Shown in pieces: positions 31,400 to 42,816 of a stretch of 64,000 nt of DNA. The first letter of the stretch is position 1. Each line of letters opens with the position of its first letter. The notes beneath the pieces are model-generated. The model was not told where the DNA came from, did not search any database, and was given only the letters and a program-made list of their open reading frames with translations. The position numbers were made by a program, and so were the translations under genes. This DNA is from the human T2T-CHM13v2.0 reference genome, Homo sapiens, in the NCBI RefSeq assembly GCF_009914755.1, contig NC_060928.1; one strand, written 5' to 3'.

Positions 31400-31830
31400 A
31401 TCTTGCCATTCACGAACATTACTAAACATATCTTTCCCTCATAAAATGCAGTACAATATAAACACCGCCTTCAGGCGCAAATGGATCTGAGCTTAAAGGA
31501 AGCCTGCCTCTTTCACTCTTGATCAACTTCTCTCTGCACTTTGATCTTACTTTCACCTACTGCACTTGCACCTACTCCAAGTATCTTCTAAATCACATCC
31601 AGCCAGCTCGATAACCTAAAAGTTAGATCCACCAATTCCAGCAAAACTATGCCATGAAATAAATGTGACTGGCCCTCTGAAGGTCTCCTGCACACTCATG
31701 AGTCAATCACTGCATCCAGGGAATGGTGCATACTGACTGGCCAGTTTTGGGTCATGTGTTCACTCCCTCCTACTGGTAGGAGGAAGGCTAAGCCTATTAT
31801 CAAAAGAAAAGGGATTGGGAAAAATATTCC
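31400..31830. mobile_element. Old MaLR LTR fragment (MLT1J/K/L-like)
   Basis: …caatcactgcatccagggaatgg…tgactggccag…gggtcatgtgttcactccct resembles the old MLT1 group. Confidence 0.5.
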
Positions 31831-33483
31831 AGGCAACAATCACAAGCAGGGGTTTGTGCATTTTTTAAGAAGTAAAAACTCTTATATATTTCTCTTTATC
31901 ATAAAGATCATTGCAGTAGCCATTCCAGTGCCTTGGCTAGAGGTCAGGTTCTTACTTCAGCAATCTTGGCAAGACCTGGAAAACTCACTGAAACCATTTT
32001 ATATTCACCCCACCTAGTTTCTGCATAGAATTTATAATAGATTCATTTATATTACAGATCTAAATCCCTGAACAATATGACATTTTATTCTTTAGTTTAT
32101 CTGAAGCCATTCTTTCTGGCTATTAAGTCATCACCTCATCACTTTCTTCTCACTTTCAATGGAACTTGCTTTCTTTTCATGGATATCTTTTTTCATAGGA
32201 AATAAACACTCATACTACATGGTAGGGGGTAGGAAGAGAGATGTGCAGGTAAATTTATACACAATATTTTTAAAGGAAAAGCCAAAATGAAATTCATATG
32301 CTGAGAAATCTGCTAGAATAATGCATGAGTTAAATTAACACATGTAATGAACTACTGTGAAAGGTCAAATCTTACAATGTAAAAATTGTGAATGCCAAGA
32401 GACTACTCTTCTCCTACTGTAGTATCCTGTGATGTCTAAAATATGGTGAAAACATTTTAAGTACCATGACTCATGTCTCTGAATATGGCAGTAGTTTTCA
32501 TACAAAGATCAAGTGTTAAAAAGGCATGGAAAACTGGAAATGAAACAACTATATAAAAACCCACTTAGGGGATGATCTAATCTTCGTTGATTCAAATTCC
32601 TGTAAGGATTAGAAAATTCTAAGTTAAGTACAATTTCCATATTTCTCTTTCCACAGTTGTCATTAATATGGTATTCACAAAATACTTTTTTACTAAGATA
32701 CAAAAGATGAATTTCCTTAATATTTCAGAGATTATTGCTTCTCACTTACAGTCATAATCCTGTATTTAGGAAATCAAGACTGATTACTATGGAAATTCTG
32801 ATCGTACAGATACAGAGATTATGATAATAGACCTCTTTTTATGATGCACCTTTTATTCATTGTATCTTTAAACACTTCAAAAACCTGACGAACTCATATT
32901 TATCCACCAGTAAAGCTCTCGAGATGAGACAATACCTATTGGCTACACAAAGCAAACTTAGTTAAGTATCAAAAACAGAAAATAAACACATTCTCATTCC
33001 CAGAAGATCTCAAAAACACCTTACATAAGTAAAATCTACCTGTGTTGGAAAATGGCCAGGCAACTACAATCTACAATGCTGTTTTTATGAAGGTTGTTAA
33101 TAGTACATTAACACTTTGAAATTGCCAAGATGCCATTTATCCCATGTTTAAGGAAAGACATTTCCAAAAGTGAACAGGGTAAGTGCCAAGTGTAAGTCTA
33201 CTGCTTACATCTTGAGAATCTGTTCAATACCCTGATTCCTCTAGGATTTAAGTCCAAATTCTGCCCCTTACACCCATCCCAGGGGACAGAAATCTTGTTT
33301 TCCCTTATCTGAGGTTTGATTTGGGTGTATCATTTATTCAGAGAAACCTCTAGGCCTATTCACTAGTTAAATGTCAAAATATCAGCTTTTGTTAGATCTT
33401 CCACCTCACCCCCAACTCCATTAGTGCCCTCTGCTTGCTTCTGGTACATCCAGTTCCTCTACTTTGAATGTCTCTGTTCTAGA

Positions 33484-33925
33484 TATTATGGGTTAAACTG
33501 TGCTCTACCCCCCACCAAAAATATGTTGATGACCTAACCCCTGGTAGCCACAAATGTGACTATACTTAGAAATAGGATCTTTGCAGATGTAATCAGGTCA
33601 CGCTTGATTGGGATGGGCCTTAATCCAATATAACTGGTGTCTTTATAATTAAAGAAACACTTGAACACAGGCAGAATCAGAGAGGCCATGTAAAGATGGA
33701 GGCAGAAAATGGAATCTTGCTGTCACAAGCCAAAAAAAGGCCTGGAGCTACCAGAAGCTGGAAGAGGCAAGGATCTACTTCTAGAGGTTTCAGAGGCAAG
33801 AAGGCCCCGCCTACATCCTGATTTCAGGCTTCTGGCCTCCAGAACTGTGAGACAATAAATTTCTGTTGTTTTAAGTGACTCGGTTGGTAGCACTTTGTTG
33901 AGGCCAGCCCTAAGAAACAAATACA
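33484..33925 (+). mobile_element. MaLR solo LTR (MLT1B/C-like)
   Basis: Starts tattatgggttaaactgtg; contains ctttgcagatgtaat, ccagaagctggaagaggcaagga and ggcctccagaactgtgagacaataaatttctgttg; ends aaacaaataca. Confidence 0.88.
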
Positions 33926-33989
33926 CCAAATGTATTACTCAATTATTTGAGTTCTATTGCTATACATATGCACAACAACAATAACAACA

Positions 33990-34205
33990 ACAACATTTTG
34001 AGTCTTAAAATATGTCAAGCAATGTTTCTAAGCATTTTGGATGAAATAGTTCAATTAACCTTTCTGTAACCATAGGAGGTGAGTACAAGTATTTATCATC
34101 ATTTCCCAGATGGAGAATTGAGAAAGATTAAGCAATTGTCCAAGCTGATAAGTAGCAGAGCTGGAATTCAAACCAAGGCAGTCTCACTCTGGGGACTGTG
34201 CTCTA
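33990..34205 (-). mobile_element. MIR SINE
   Basis: …cagatggagaattgag…agtagcagagctggaattcaaaccaaggcagtct is a reverse-complement MIR. Confidence 0.7.
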
Positions 34206-34398
34206 TACAGGATCCTTACTGATGTCAGCTACTACATCTCTGATGTACATATAGGACTTTCTGCCATCATAAGCCCCTGAGTCTTTATGGAAAGGCATCC
34301 CTCACATAGAGATATCTAGGCCACAGACTTGTCCAGTCTTCCCTATCCTAATAAGAGGCTATGTGCCCTGAGAGCTAACATAAAAATCCTTCTCAAAA

Positions 34399-34669
34399 TT
34401 GCAGCTAGATAGGAGGAATGAGTTATAGTGTTCTATACCACTACAGGATGACTAGAATTAATATTTTATGTATTTTCAAATAGTGAAAAGGATATTGGGT
34501 GTTCCCAACACAAAGAAATGATAAATGTTTGTGATGATGGATATGCTAATTACCTTGGTCTGATCATCCATCATACATTATATGTATTGAAACATCACTA
34601 TGTTGTACACCATGAATATGGACACAATTATCATTTGTCAATTAAAATTTTTTATTAAAATTAATTTTT
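34399..34669 (+). mobile_element. Old L1MA (L1MA9/10-like) 3' UTR fragment
   Basis: gttcccaacacaaagaaatgataaatgtttg…gatggatatgctaattacc…tttgtcaattaaaa is a typical L1MA 3' end. Confidence 0.8.
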
Positions 34670-34680
34670 GATTCCTGGGC

Positions 34681-34689
34681 AAGATGGCC
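34681..34689 (+). promoter_or_regulatory. L1 5' UTR YY1-binding motif AAGATGGCC, intact
   Basis: Exact motif at the known position near the L1 5' end. Confidence 0.75.
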
Positions 34690-35084
34690 GAATAGGAACA
34701 GCTCCTGTCTGCAGCTCCCAGCGACACCAATGCAAAAGGCTGGTGATTTCTGCATTTCCAACTGAGGTACCCGGTTCATTTCACTGGGACTGGTTACACA
34801 GTGGCTATAACCCACAGAGGGCAAGCAGAAGCAGGGCGGGGCGTCACCTTACCTGGGAAGTGCAAGGGGTTGTGAAACTCCCTCCTCTAGCCAAGGGAAG
34901 CCTTGAGGAACTGTGCTGTGAGGGACAGTGCTCTCCGGCCCAGATACTACGCTTTCCCCACGGCCTTTGCGACCCATAAACCAAGAGATTCCCTCGGGTG
35001 GCTACACCACAAGGGCCCTGGGTTTCAAGCACAAAACTGGGCGGCTGTTTGGGCAGGCACCAAGCTAGCTGCAGGAGTTTTTTT

Positions 35085-35303
35085 TCATACCCCAGTGGTG
35101 GCTGGAAGACAAGCGAGATGGAACCATTCACTCCCCTGGAAAGGGGGCTGAAACCAGGGAGCCAAGTGGTCTTGCTCAGCAGATCCCACCCCCATGGAGC
35201 CCAGCAAGCTATGATACACTGACTGGAAATTCTTGTTGCCAGGACAGCAGTCTGAAGTTGACCTGGGACTTTTGAGCTTGGTGTGGTGAGGGACATCTGC
35301 CAT
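35085..35303 (-). other. L1 ORF0-homologous antisense ORF, 72 codons (MADVPHHTKLKSPRSTSDCC…)
   Basis: ATG at the position homologous to the ORF0 start (gccat on + strand), in context gtaATGg. The N-terminal half resembles ORF0 (MAGAPPP…SDCC…GVG). Expression unknown. Confidence 0.55.
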
Positions 35304-36007
35304 TACTGAGGCTTGAGTAGGCAGTTTTCCCCTCACAGTGTAAACAAAGCCCAGGGAAATTCAGACTGGGCAGAGCAAACCACAGCTCAGCAATGACGAT
35401 GTAGCCAGAATGCCTCTCTAGATTCCTCCTCTCTGGGCAGGGCATCTCTGAAAGAATGGCAGCAGCCCCAGTCAGGGGCTTATAGATAAAACTCCCATCT
35501 CCCTGGGACAGAACACCTGGGGAAAGGGCAGCTGTGGGCACAGCTTCAGTAGACTTAAACGTTCCTGTCTGCCAGCTCTGAAGAGAGCAGCAGATCTCCC
35601 AGCACAGTGCTTGAGTTCTGCTAAGGGACAGACTGCCTCCTCAAGTGGGTCCCTGATCCCCGTGCCTCATCACTGGGAGACACCTCCCAGCAGGGGTCAA
35701 CAGACATCTCATATAGGAAAGCTCTGGCTGGCATCTGGTGGGTGCCCCTCTGGGACAAAGCTTCTAGAGGAAGGAACAAGCAGCAATCTGTTGTTCTGCA
35801 GCCTCTGCTAGTGATAACCAGGCAAACAGGGTCTGGAGTGGACCTCCAGCAAACTCCAGCAGACCTGCAGCAGAGGGGCCTGACTGTTAGAAGGAAAACT
35901 AACAAACAGAAAGGAATAGCATCAACATCAACAAAAACAATGTCCACACAGAAACTCCATCTGAAGGTCAACAGCATCAAAGACCAAAGGTAGATAAATT
36001 CACGAAG

Positions 36008-37025
36008 ATGAGGACAAACCAGTGCAAAAAGGCTGAAAATTCCAAAAACCAGAATGCCTCTTCTCCTCCAAAGGATCACAACTCCTCACCAGCAAGGGAA
36101 CAAAGCTGGATGGAGAATGAGTTTGACCAATTGACAGAAGTAGGCTTCAGAGGGATGCATAATAACAAACTCCTCCTGAGCTAAAGAAGCATGTTTTAAC
36201 CCAATGTAAGGAAGCTAAGAACATTGATACAAGGTTAGAGGAATTGCTAACTAGAATAACCAGTTTAGAGAAGAACATAAATGACCTGATGGAGCTGAAA
36301 AACAGAGCACGAGAACTTAATGAAGCACATAGAAGAAGCAACAGCCAAATTGACCAAGCGGAAGAAAGGATATCAGAGATAGAAGATCACCTTAATGAAA
36401 CAGAGCATGAAGACAAGATTACAGAAAAAAGAATAAAAAGGAACAAACAAAGCCTCCAAGAAATACAGGACAATGTGAAAAGACCAAACCTATGTTTGAT
36501 TGGGGTACCTGAAAGTGATGGGGAGAATGGAACCAAGTTGGAAAAAACAGTTCAATATATTATCCAGGAGAACTTCCTCAACCTAGTAAGACAGGCCAAC
36601 ATCCAAATTCAGGAAACACAGAGAGCACCACAAAGATACTCCTTGAGAAGAGCAACCCTAAAACACATAATTGTCAGATTAACCAAGGTTGAAATGAAGG
36701 AAAAAATGTAAAGAGCAGCCAGAGAGAATGGTTGGGTTACCCACAAATGGAAGCCCATCAGACTAACAGGGGATCTCTCTGCAGAAACCCTACAAGCCAG
36801 AAGAGAGTGGGGGCCAATATTCAGCATTCTAAAAGAAAAGAATTTTCAACCCAGAATTTTATATCCAGCCTCATAAATGAAGGAGAAATAAAATCCTTTA
36901 TAGACAAGCAAATGCTGAGGAATTCTGTCACTACCAGGCCTGCCTTACAAGAGTTCCTGAAGGAAGCACTAAATATCGAAAGGAAAAACTGGTACCAACC
37001 ATTGCAAAAACAAACCAAAATGTAA
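36008..37025 (+). pseudogene. Disrupted L1 ORF1p
   Basis: ORF track fragments such as LTRITSLEKNINDLMELKN, KRPNLCLIGVPESDGENGTKLE and TTRPALQEFLKEAL, separated by stops and frameshifts. Confidence 0.92.
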
Positions 37026-37088
37026 AGTCTATCGATATTATGAAGAAACTCCATCAACTAATGGGCAAAACATCCAGCTAGCATCATA

Positions 37089-37465
37089 ATGACAGGATCA
37101 AATTCACACATAACAATATTAACCTTAAATAAAAATGGGCTAAATGCCCCAATTAAAAGGCATAGACTGGGCTGGGTGTGGTGGCTCACACCTGTAATCC
37201 CAGCACTTTGGGAGGCCGAGGTGGGCAGATCACCTGAGATTAGGGAGTTTGAAACTAGCCTGGCCAGGCTGGCCAACCTGGTGAAACCCCGTCTCTACTA
37301 AGAACGCAAATATTAGTGGGGCATGGTGGTGGGGGCCTATATTCCCAGCTCTTGGAAGGCTGAGGCAGGAGAACTGCTTGAACCCAAGAGTTGGAGGTTG
37401 TAGTGAACCAAGATCGCGCCATTGTACTCCAGGCTGGGTGACAAAAGTGAGACTCCGTCTCAAAA

Positions 37466-37504
<39 letters not shown>

Positions 37505-40500
37505 AATAAAAAGGCACAGACTGGCAAATGGGATACAGAGTCAAGACCCATTGGTGTGCTGTATTCAGGAGACCCATCTCATGTGCAAAGACACACATAG
37601 GTTCAAATCAAAGGAATGGAGGAAGATTTACCAAGCAAATAGAAAGAAAAAAAAAAAAAAGCAGTGGTTGCAATCCTAGTTTCTGATAAAACAGACTTTA
37701 AACCAACAAAGATAAAAAAAAAGACAAAGAAGGGCATTACATAATGGTAAAGGGATCAATGCAACAAGAAGAGCTAACTATCCTAAATATATATGCATCC
37801 AATACAGGAGCACCCAGATTCATAAACCAAGTTCTAAGAGACCTACAAAGAGACTTAGACTCCCACACAATAATAGTGGGAGACTTTAACACCCCACTGT
37901 CAATATGAGACAGATTAATGAGACAGAAAATTAACAAGGATATTCAGAACTTGAACTCAGCTCTGGACCAAGCAGACCTAATAGACATCTACAGAACTCT
38001 CCATCCCAAATCAACAGAATATACATTCTTCTCAGCACCACATCACACTTATTCTAAAACTGACCACATAATTTGAAGTAAAACACTTCTCAGCAAATGT
38101 AAAAGAATGGAAATCATAATGAACAGTCTCTCAGACCACAGTGCAATCAAATTAGAACTCAGGATTAAGAAAGCCACTCAAAACCACACAACTACATGGA
38201 AACTGAACAACCTGCTCCTGAATGACCACTGGGTAAATAACCAAATGAAGGCAGACATAAAGAAGTTATTTGAAACCAATGAGAACAAAGACACAATGTA
38301 CCAGATTCTCTGGGACACAGCTAAAGAAGTGTACAGACGGAAATTTATAGCACTAAATGCCCACAGGAGAAAGTGGGAAAGATCTAAAATCTACACCCTA
38401 ACATCACAATTAAAGAGCTAGAGAAGCAAGAGCAAACAAATTCAAAAGCTAGCAGAAGACAAGAAATAACTAAGATCAGAGCAGAACCAAAGGACATAGA
38501 GACACAAAAAAACCTTCAAAAAAATCAGTGATTCCAGGAGCTGGTTTTTTGAAAAGATTAAGAAAATAGACCACTAGACAGACTAATAAAAAATAAAAGA
38601 GAGATGAATCAAATAGAAACACTAAAAAATGATAAAGGGGTGATCACCACTGATCCCACAGAAATAAAAACTACCATCAGAGAATACTATTAACACCTCT
38701 ACATGAATAAACTAGAAAATCTAGAAGAAATGGATAAATTCCTGGACACATACACCCTCCCAAGACTAAACCAGGAAGAAGTTGAATCCCTGAATAGACC
38801 AATAACAAGTCTGAAATTGAGGCAGTAATTAATAGCCTACCAACCAAAAAAAGCCCAGGACCAGATGTATTCACAGCCGAATTCTACCAGAGGTACAAAG
38901 ATGAGCTGGTACCATTTCATGTGAAAATATTCCAAACAAGAGAAAAAGAGGGACTCCTCCCTATCTCATCTTATGAGGCCAGCATCATCCTGACACTAAA
39001 CGCTGGAAGAGACACAACCAAAAAAGAAAATTTCAGGCCAATATCCCTGATGGACATCTATTCAAAAATCCTCAATAAAATACTGGCAAACTGAATACAG
39101 CAGCACATCAAAAAGCTTATCCACCACGATAAAGTCAGCTTCATCCCTGGGATGCAAGGCTGGTTCAACATACGCAAACCAATAAACATAATCCATCACA
39201 TAAACAGAACCAAGGACAAAAACCACATGATTATTTCAATAGATGCAAAAAAGGCCTTCGATAAAATTCAACACTCCTTCATGCTAAAAACACTCAATAA
39301 ACTAGGTATTGATAGAACGTATCTCAAAGTAATAAGAGCTGTTTATGGCAAACCCACAGCCAATATCATACTGAATGGGAAAAAGCTGGAAGCATTCCCT
39401 TTGAAAACTGGCACAAGACAAGGATGGCCTCTCTCACTACTCCTACTCAACATAGTACTGGAAGTTCTGGCCAGGGCAGTCAGGCAAGAGAAAGAAATAA
39501 AGGTATTCAAATAGGAAGAGAAGAAGTCAAATTATCTCTGTTGGCTGACGACAAGATTGTATATTTAGAAAAACACATCATCTCAGCCCCAAAAGTCCTT
39601 AAGCTGATAAGCAACTTCAGCAAAGTCTCAGGATACAAAATCAATGTGCAAAAATCACATGTTTTCCTATACACCAATAATAGACAGAGAAATAAATCAT
39701 GAGCAAACTCCCATTCACAACTGCTACAAAGAGAATTAATTACCTAGGAATCCAACTTATATGGGATGTGAAGGACCTCTTCAAGCAGAACTACAAACCA
39801 CTGCTCAAAGAAATGAGAGGACACAAACAAATGGAAAAACATTCCATGCTCATGGATAGGAAGGATCAATATCATGAAAATGGCCATACTGCTCAAAGTA
39901 ATTTATAGATTCAATGCTATTCCCATTAAGCTACCATTGACTTTCTTCACAGGAATAGAAAAAAAACTACTTTAAATTTCACATGGAACCAAAAAAGAGC
40001 CCATATAACCAAGACAATCCTAAGCAAAAAGAACAAAGCTGGAGGCATCAAGCTACCTGACTTCAAACTATACTACAAGGCTACAGTAACCAAAACAGCA
40101 TGGTACTGGTACCAAAACAGATATATAGACCAATGGAACAGAACACGGGCATCAGAAATAACACCACACATCTACAGCTATCTGATCTTTGACAAACCTG
40201 ACAAAAAGAAGCAATGAGGGAAGGATTCCCTATTTAAATAATGGTGTTGGGAAAACTGGCTAGCTATATGCAGAAAACTGAAACTGGACCTCTTCCTTAC
40301 ACCTTATACAAAAATTAACTAAAGATGGATTAAAGATTTAAATGTAAGACCTAAAACCATAAAAACCCTAGAAGAAAACCTAGGCAATACCATTCAGGAC
40401 GTCGGCAAAGACTTCATGACTAAAACACCAAAAGCAATGGCAACAAAACCCAAAATTGACAAATAGGATCTAATTAAACTAAAGAGCTTCTGCAGAGCAA

Positions 40501-41239
40501 AAGAAACTATCATCAGAATGAACAGGCAACCTACAGAATGGAAGAAAATGTTTGCAATCTGTCCATCTGACAAAGGGCTAATATCCAGAATGTACAAGGA
40601 ACTTAAATTTACAAGAAAAAAACAAAGAAGCTCATCAAAAAGTGGGTGAAGGATATGAACAGACACTTTTCAAAAGAAGACATTTATGTGGCCAACAAAC
40701 AAAAAAAGCACATTATCACTGGTCATTAGAGAAATGTAAATCAAAACCACAATGTCATCTCACGCCAGTTAGAATGGCCATATCATTAAAACATGAGGAA
40801 ACAACAGATGCTGGAGAGGATGTAGAGAAATAGGAAAGATTTTGCACTGTTGGTGGGAATGTAAATTAGTTCAACCATTGTGGAAGACAGTGTGGCAATT
40901 CCTCAAGGATCTAGAACTGGAAATACCATTTGACCTAGCAATCTTATTACTGGGTATATACCCAAAGAATAATAAATCATTCTACTATAAAGACACATGC
41001 ACACGTATGTTTATTTCAGCACTATTCACAATAGCAAAGACTTGGGGACAATCCAAATGTCCATCAATGTTAGACTGGATAAAGAAAATGTGGCACATAT
41101 ATACTGTGCAGCCATAAAAAAGGATGAATTTATGTCCTTTGCTGGGACATGGATGAAGCTGGAAACCATCATTCTCAGCAAAATAACACAGGAACAGAAA
41201 ACCAAACACCGCATGTTCTCACTCATAAGTGGGAACTGA
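37089..41239 (+). pseudogene. Disrupted L1 ORF2p (endonuclease / reverse transcriptase)
   Basis: Starts [14 protein letters not shown]. Contains [27 protein letters not shown] (consensus FADD) and HCWWECKLVQPLWK. Many stops and frameshifts plus an Alu insertion. Confidence 0.93.
37170..37508 (+). mobile_element. Alu (AluS-like) inserted in the L1 ORF2 endonuclease region, with (TAAA)n tail
   Basis: TSD AAAAGGCA(T/C)AGACTG at 37155-37169 and 37509-37523, made of L1 sequence. Confidence 0.95.
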
Positions 41240-41639
41240 ACAATGAGAAAATATGGGCACAAGGAGGGGAACATCACACACCAGGGCCTGTGGAAGGGTG
41301 GGGGCCTAGGGGAGGGATAGCATGAGGAGAAATACCTAATGTACATGATGGGCTAATGGGTGCAGCAAACCACGATGGCACATGTATACCTATGTAACAA
41401 ACCTGCACCTTCTGCACACGTATCACAGAACTTAAAGTATAATAACAATAAAAAAATTTTAATCCTTCTCAAAAAAAAAAAAAAATCAATATGTGAGAAG
41501 CCTGGGTCCATAACGATCACCTGAAAAATGTCCTGGAAATTTTAGTCGTTGGTACATGCAATGTGTGCCATGTCTGCCATGTCTGTGTTGAAACCCTTAG
41601 TGCAACAGTTTATTCTGAACTCCGTATTTTTAACACACA

Positions 41640-42000
41640 CTGGCAAAACAGAATACACTCAGGATTAACATTATTCTGGGTCTTGAAACACTGTTTTATA
41701 AGAAAAACGGAGGCTACCTGGTCTAAAAAACAGAATCAATGGCAGCATGATACCTGTGCTCAAGTATCAGAGAGGCTTTCATGCATGAGGCACCAAGCTT
41801 ATTTTCACTTATTTTCTCTGGTTCCCTCCTCTCCCCCAGAGGGCAGAATAAAAGCAAATGAGTGAAAGTTAAAAGGAAGCCCACTTAGTTCAACTGAAGA
41901 AAAAGAAAATTCATTTATAACAAGAAAACCATTCAGAATGGAATAGCTGGCACTGTGATGTAATGAGCTCACCCACACTAGAAACATTTAAGCAAAGTGT
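41640..42000 (+). mobile_element. L3/CR1 LINE 3' fragment
   Basis: …cagagggcagaataaaagcaaatgagtgaaagtta…gaatggaatagctggc…gtaatgagctcacccacactaga…tttaagca resembles the CR1/L3 3' region. Confidence 0.65.
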
Positions 42001-42497
42001 GAAACACCAAGTCGTTATTTTTATTTTATCCTATTCCTGTTTTTACTTTCATTTTCTTCTTTCTGATTAATTATTCTCTCCACTCATGGCAACTTACTTT
42101 GGGTAAACAGCTTGAACTCTGGTTCAAATGGCAGCACTAGCACTAATCAGCTATGATATATTGAACTATTCATTTAAATGTTCTCATATGTAAAACTGAA
42201 ATAATAATATTCCACCTTGCAGGGCTGTCTGAGGATTAAAAAGTATATTGCATTGTGGCTGTCACTACCATATTTCAATATACCACTGATTATAAGACAT
42301 ATGATTAGTTTATCTATTTTTAAACAACAAAATGTTTTCCTATCACTTAGAATCTTTATCATACTTTATAAGTGAAACATTGATTAATATATTCCCAAAT
42401 CTTCTTCCCATTGACTTTGGCTCATCAGTCATTTTTCACATCAGTATCATTCATGTTTTTACACCAAATATCATCTGTGCTATCAAATGTGTTCATC

Positions 42498-42816
<319 letters not shown>

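Larger units (their letters stand above)
34670..41456 (+). mobile_element. Near full-length inactivated LINE-1 (L1PA7/L1PA8-like), antisense to PPP3CA
   Basis: 5' UTR starts gattcctgggcaagatggccgaatagg. Fragmented ORF1 (about 36008-37025) and ORF2 (37089 to about 41239) are present, followed by a G-rich 3' UTR and A-tail. Confidence 0.95.

Noticed and set aside
36008-41239. Active LINE-1 or a novel reverse transcriptase system
   Set aside because: ORF1 and ORF2 are broken by many stops and frameshifts plus an Alu, and the RT motif reads LADD. This is an ordinary dead L1PA.
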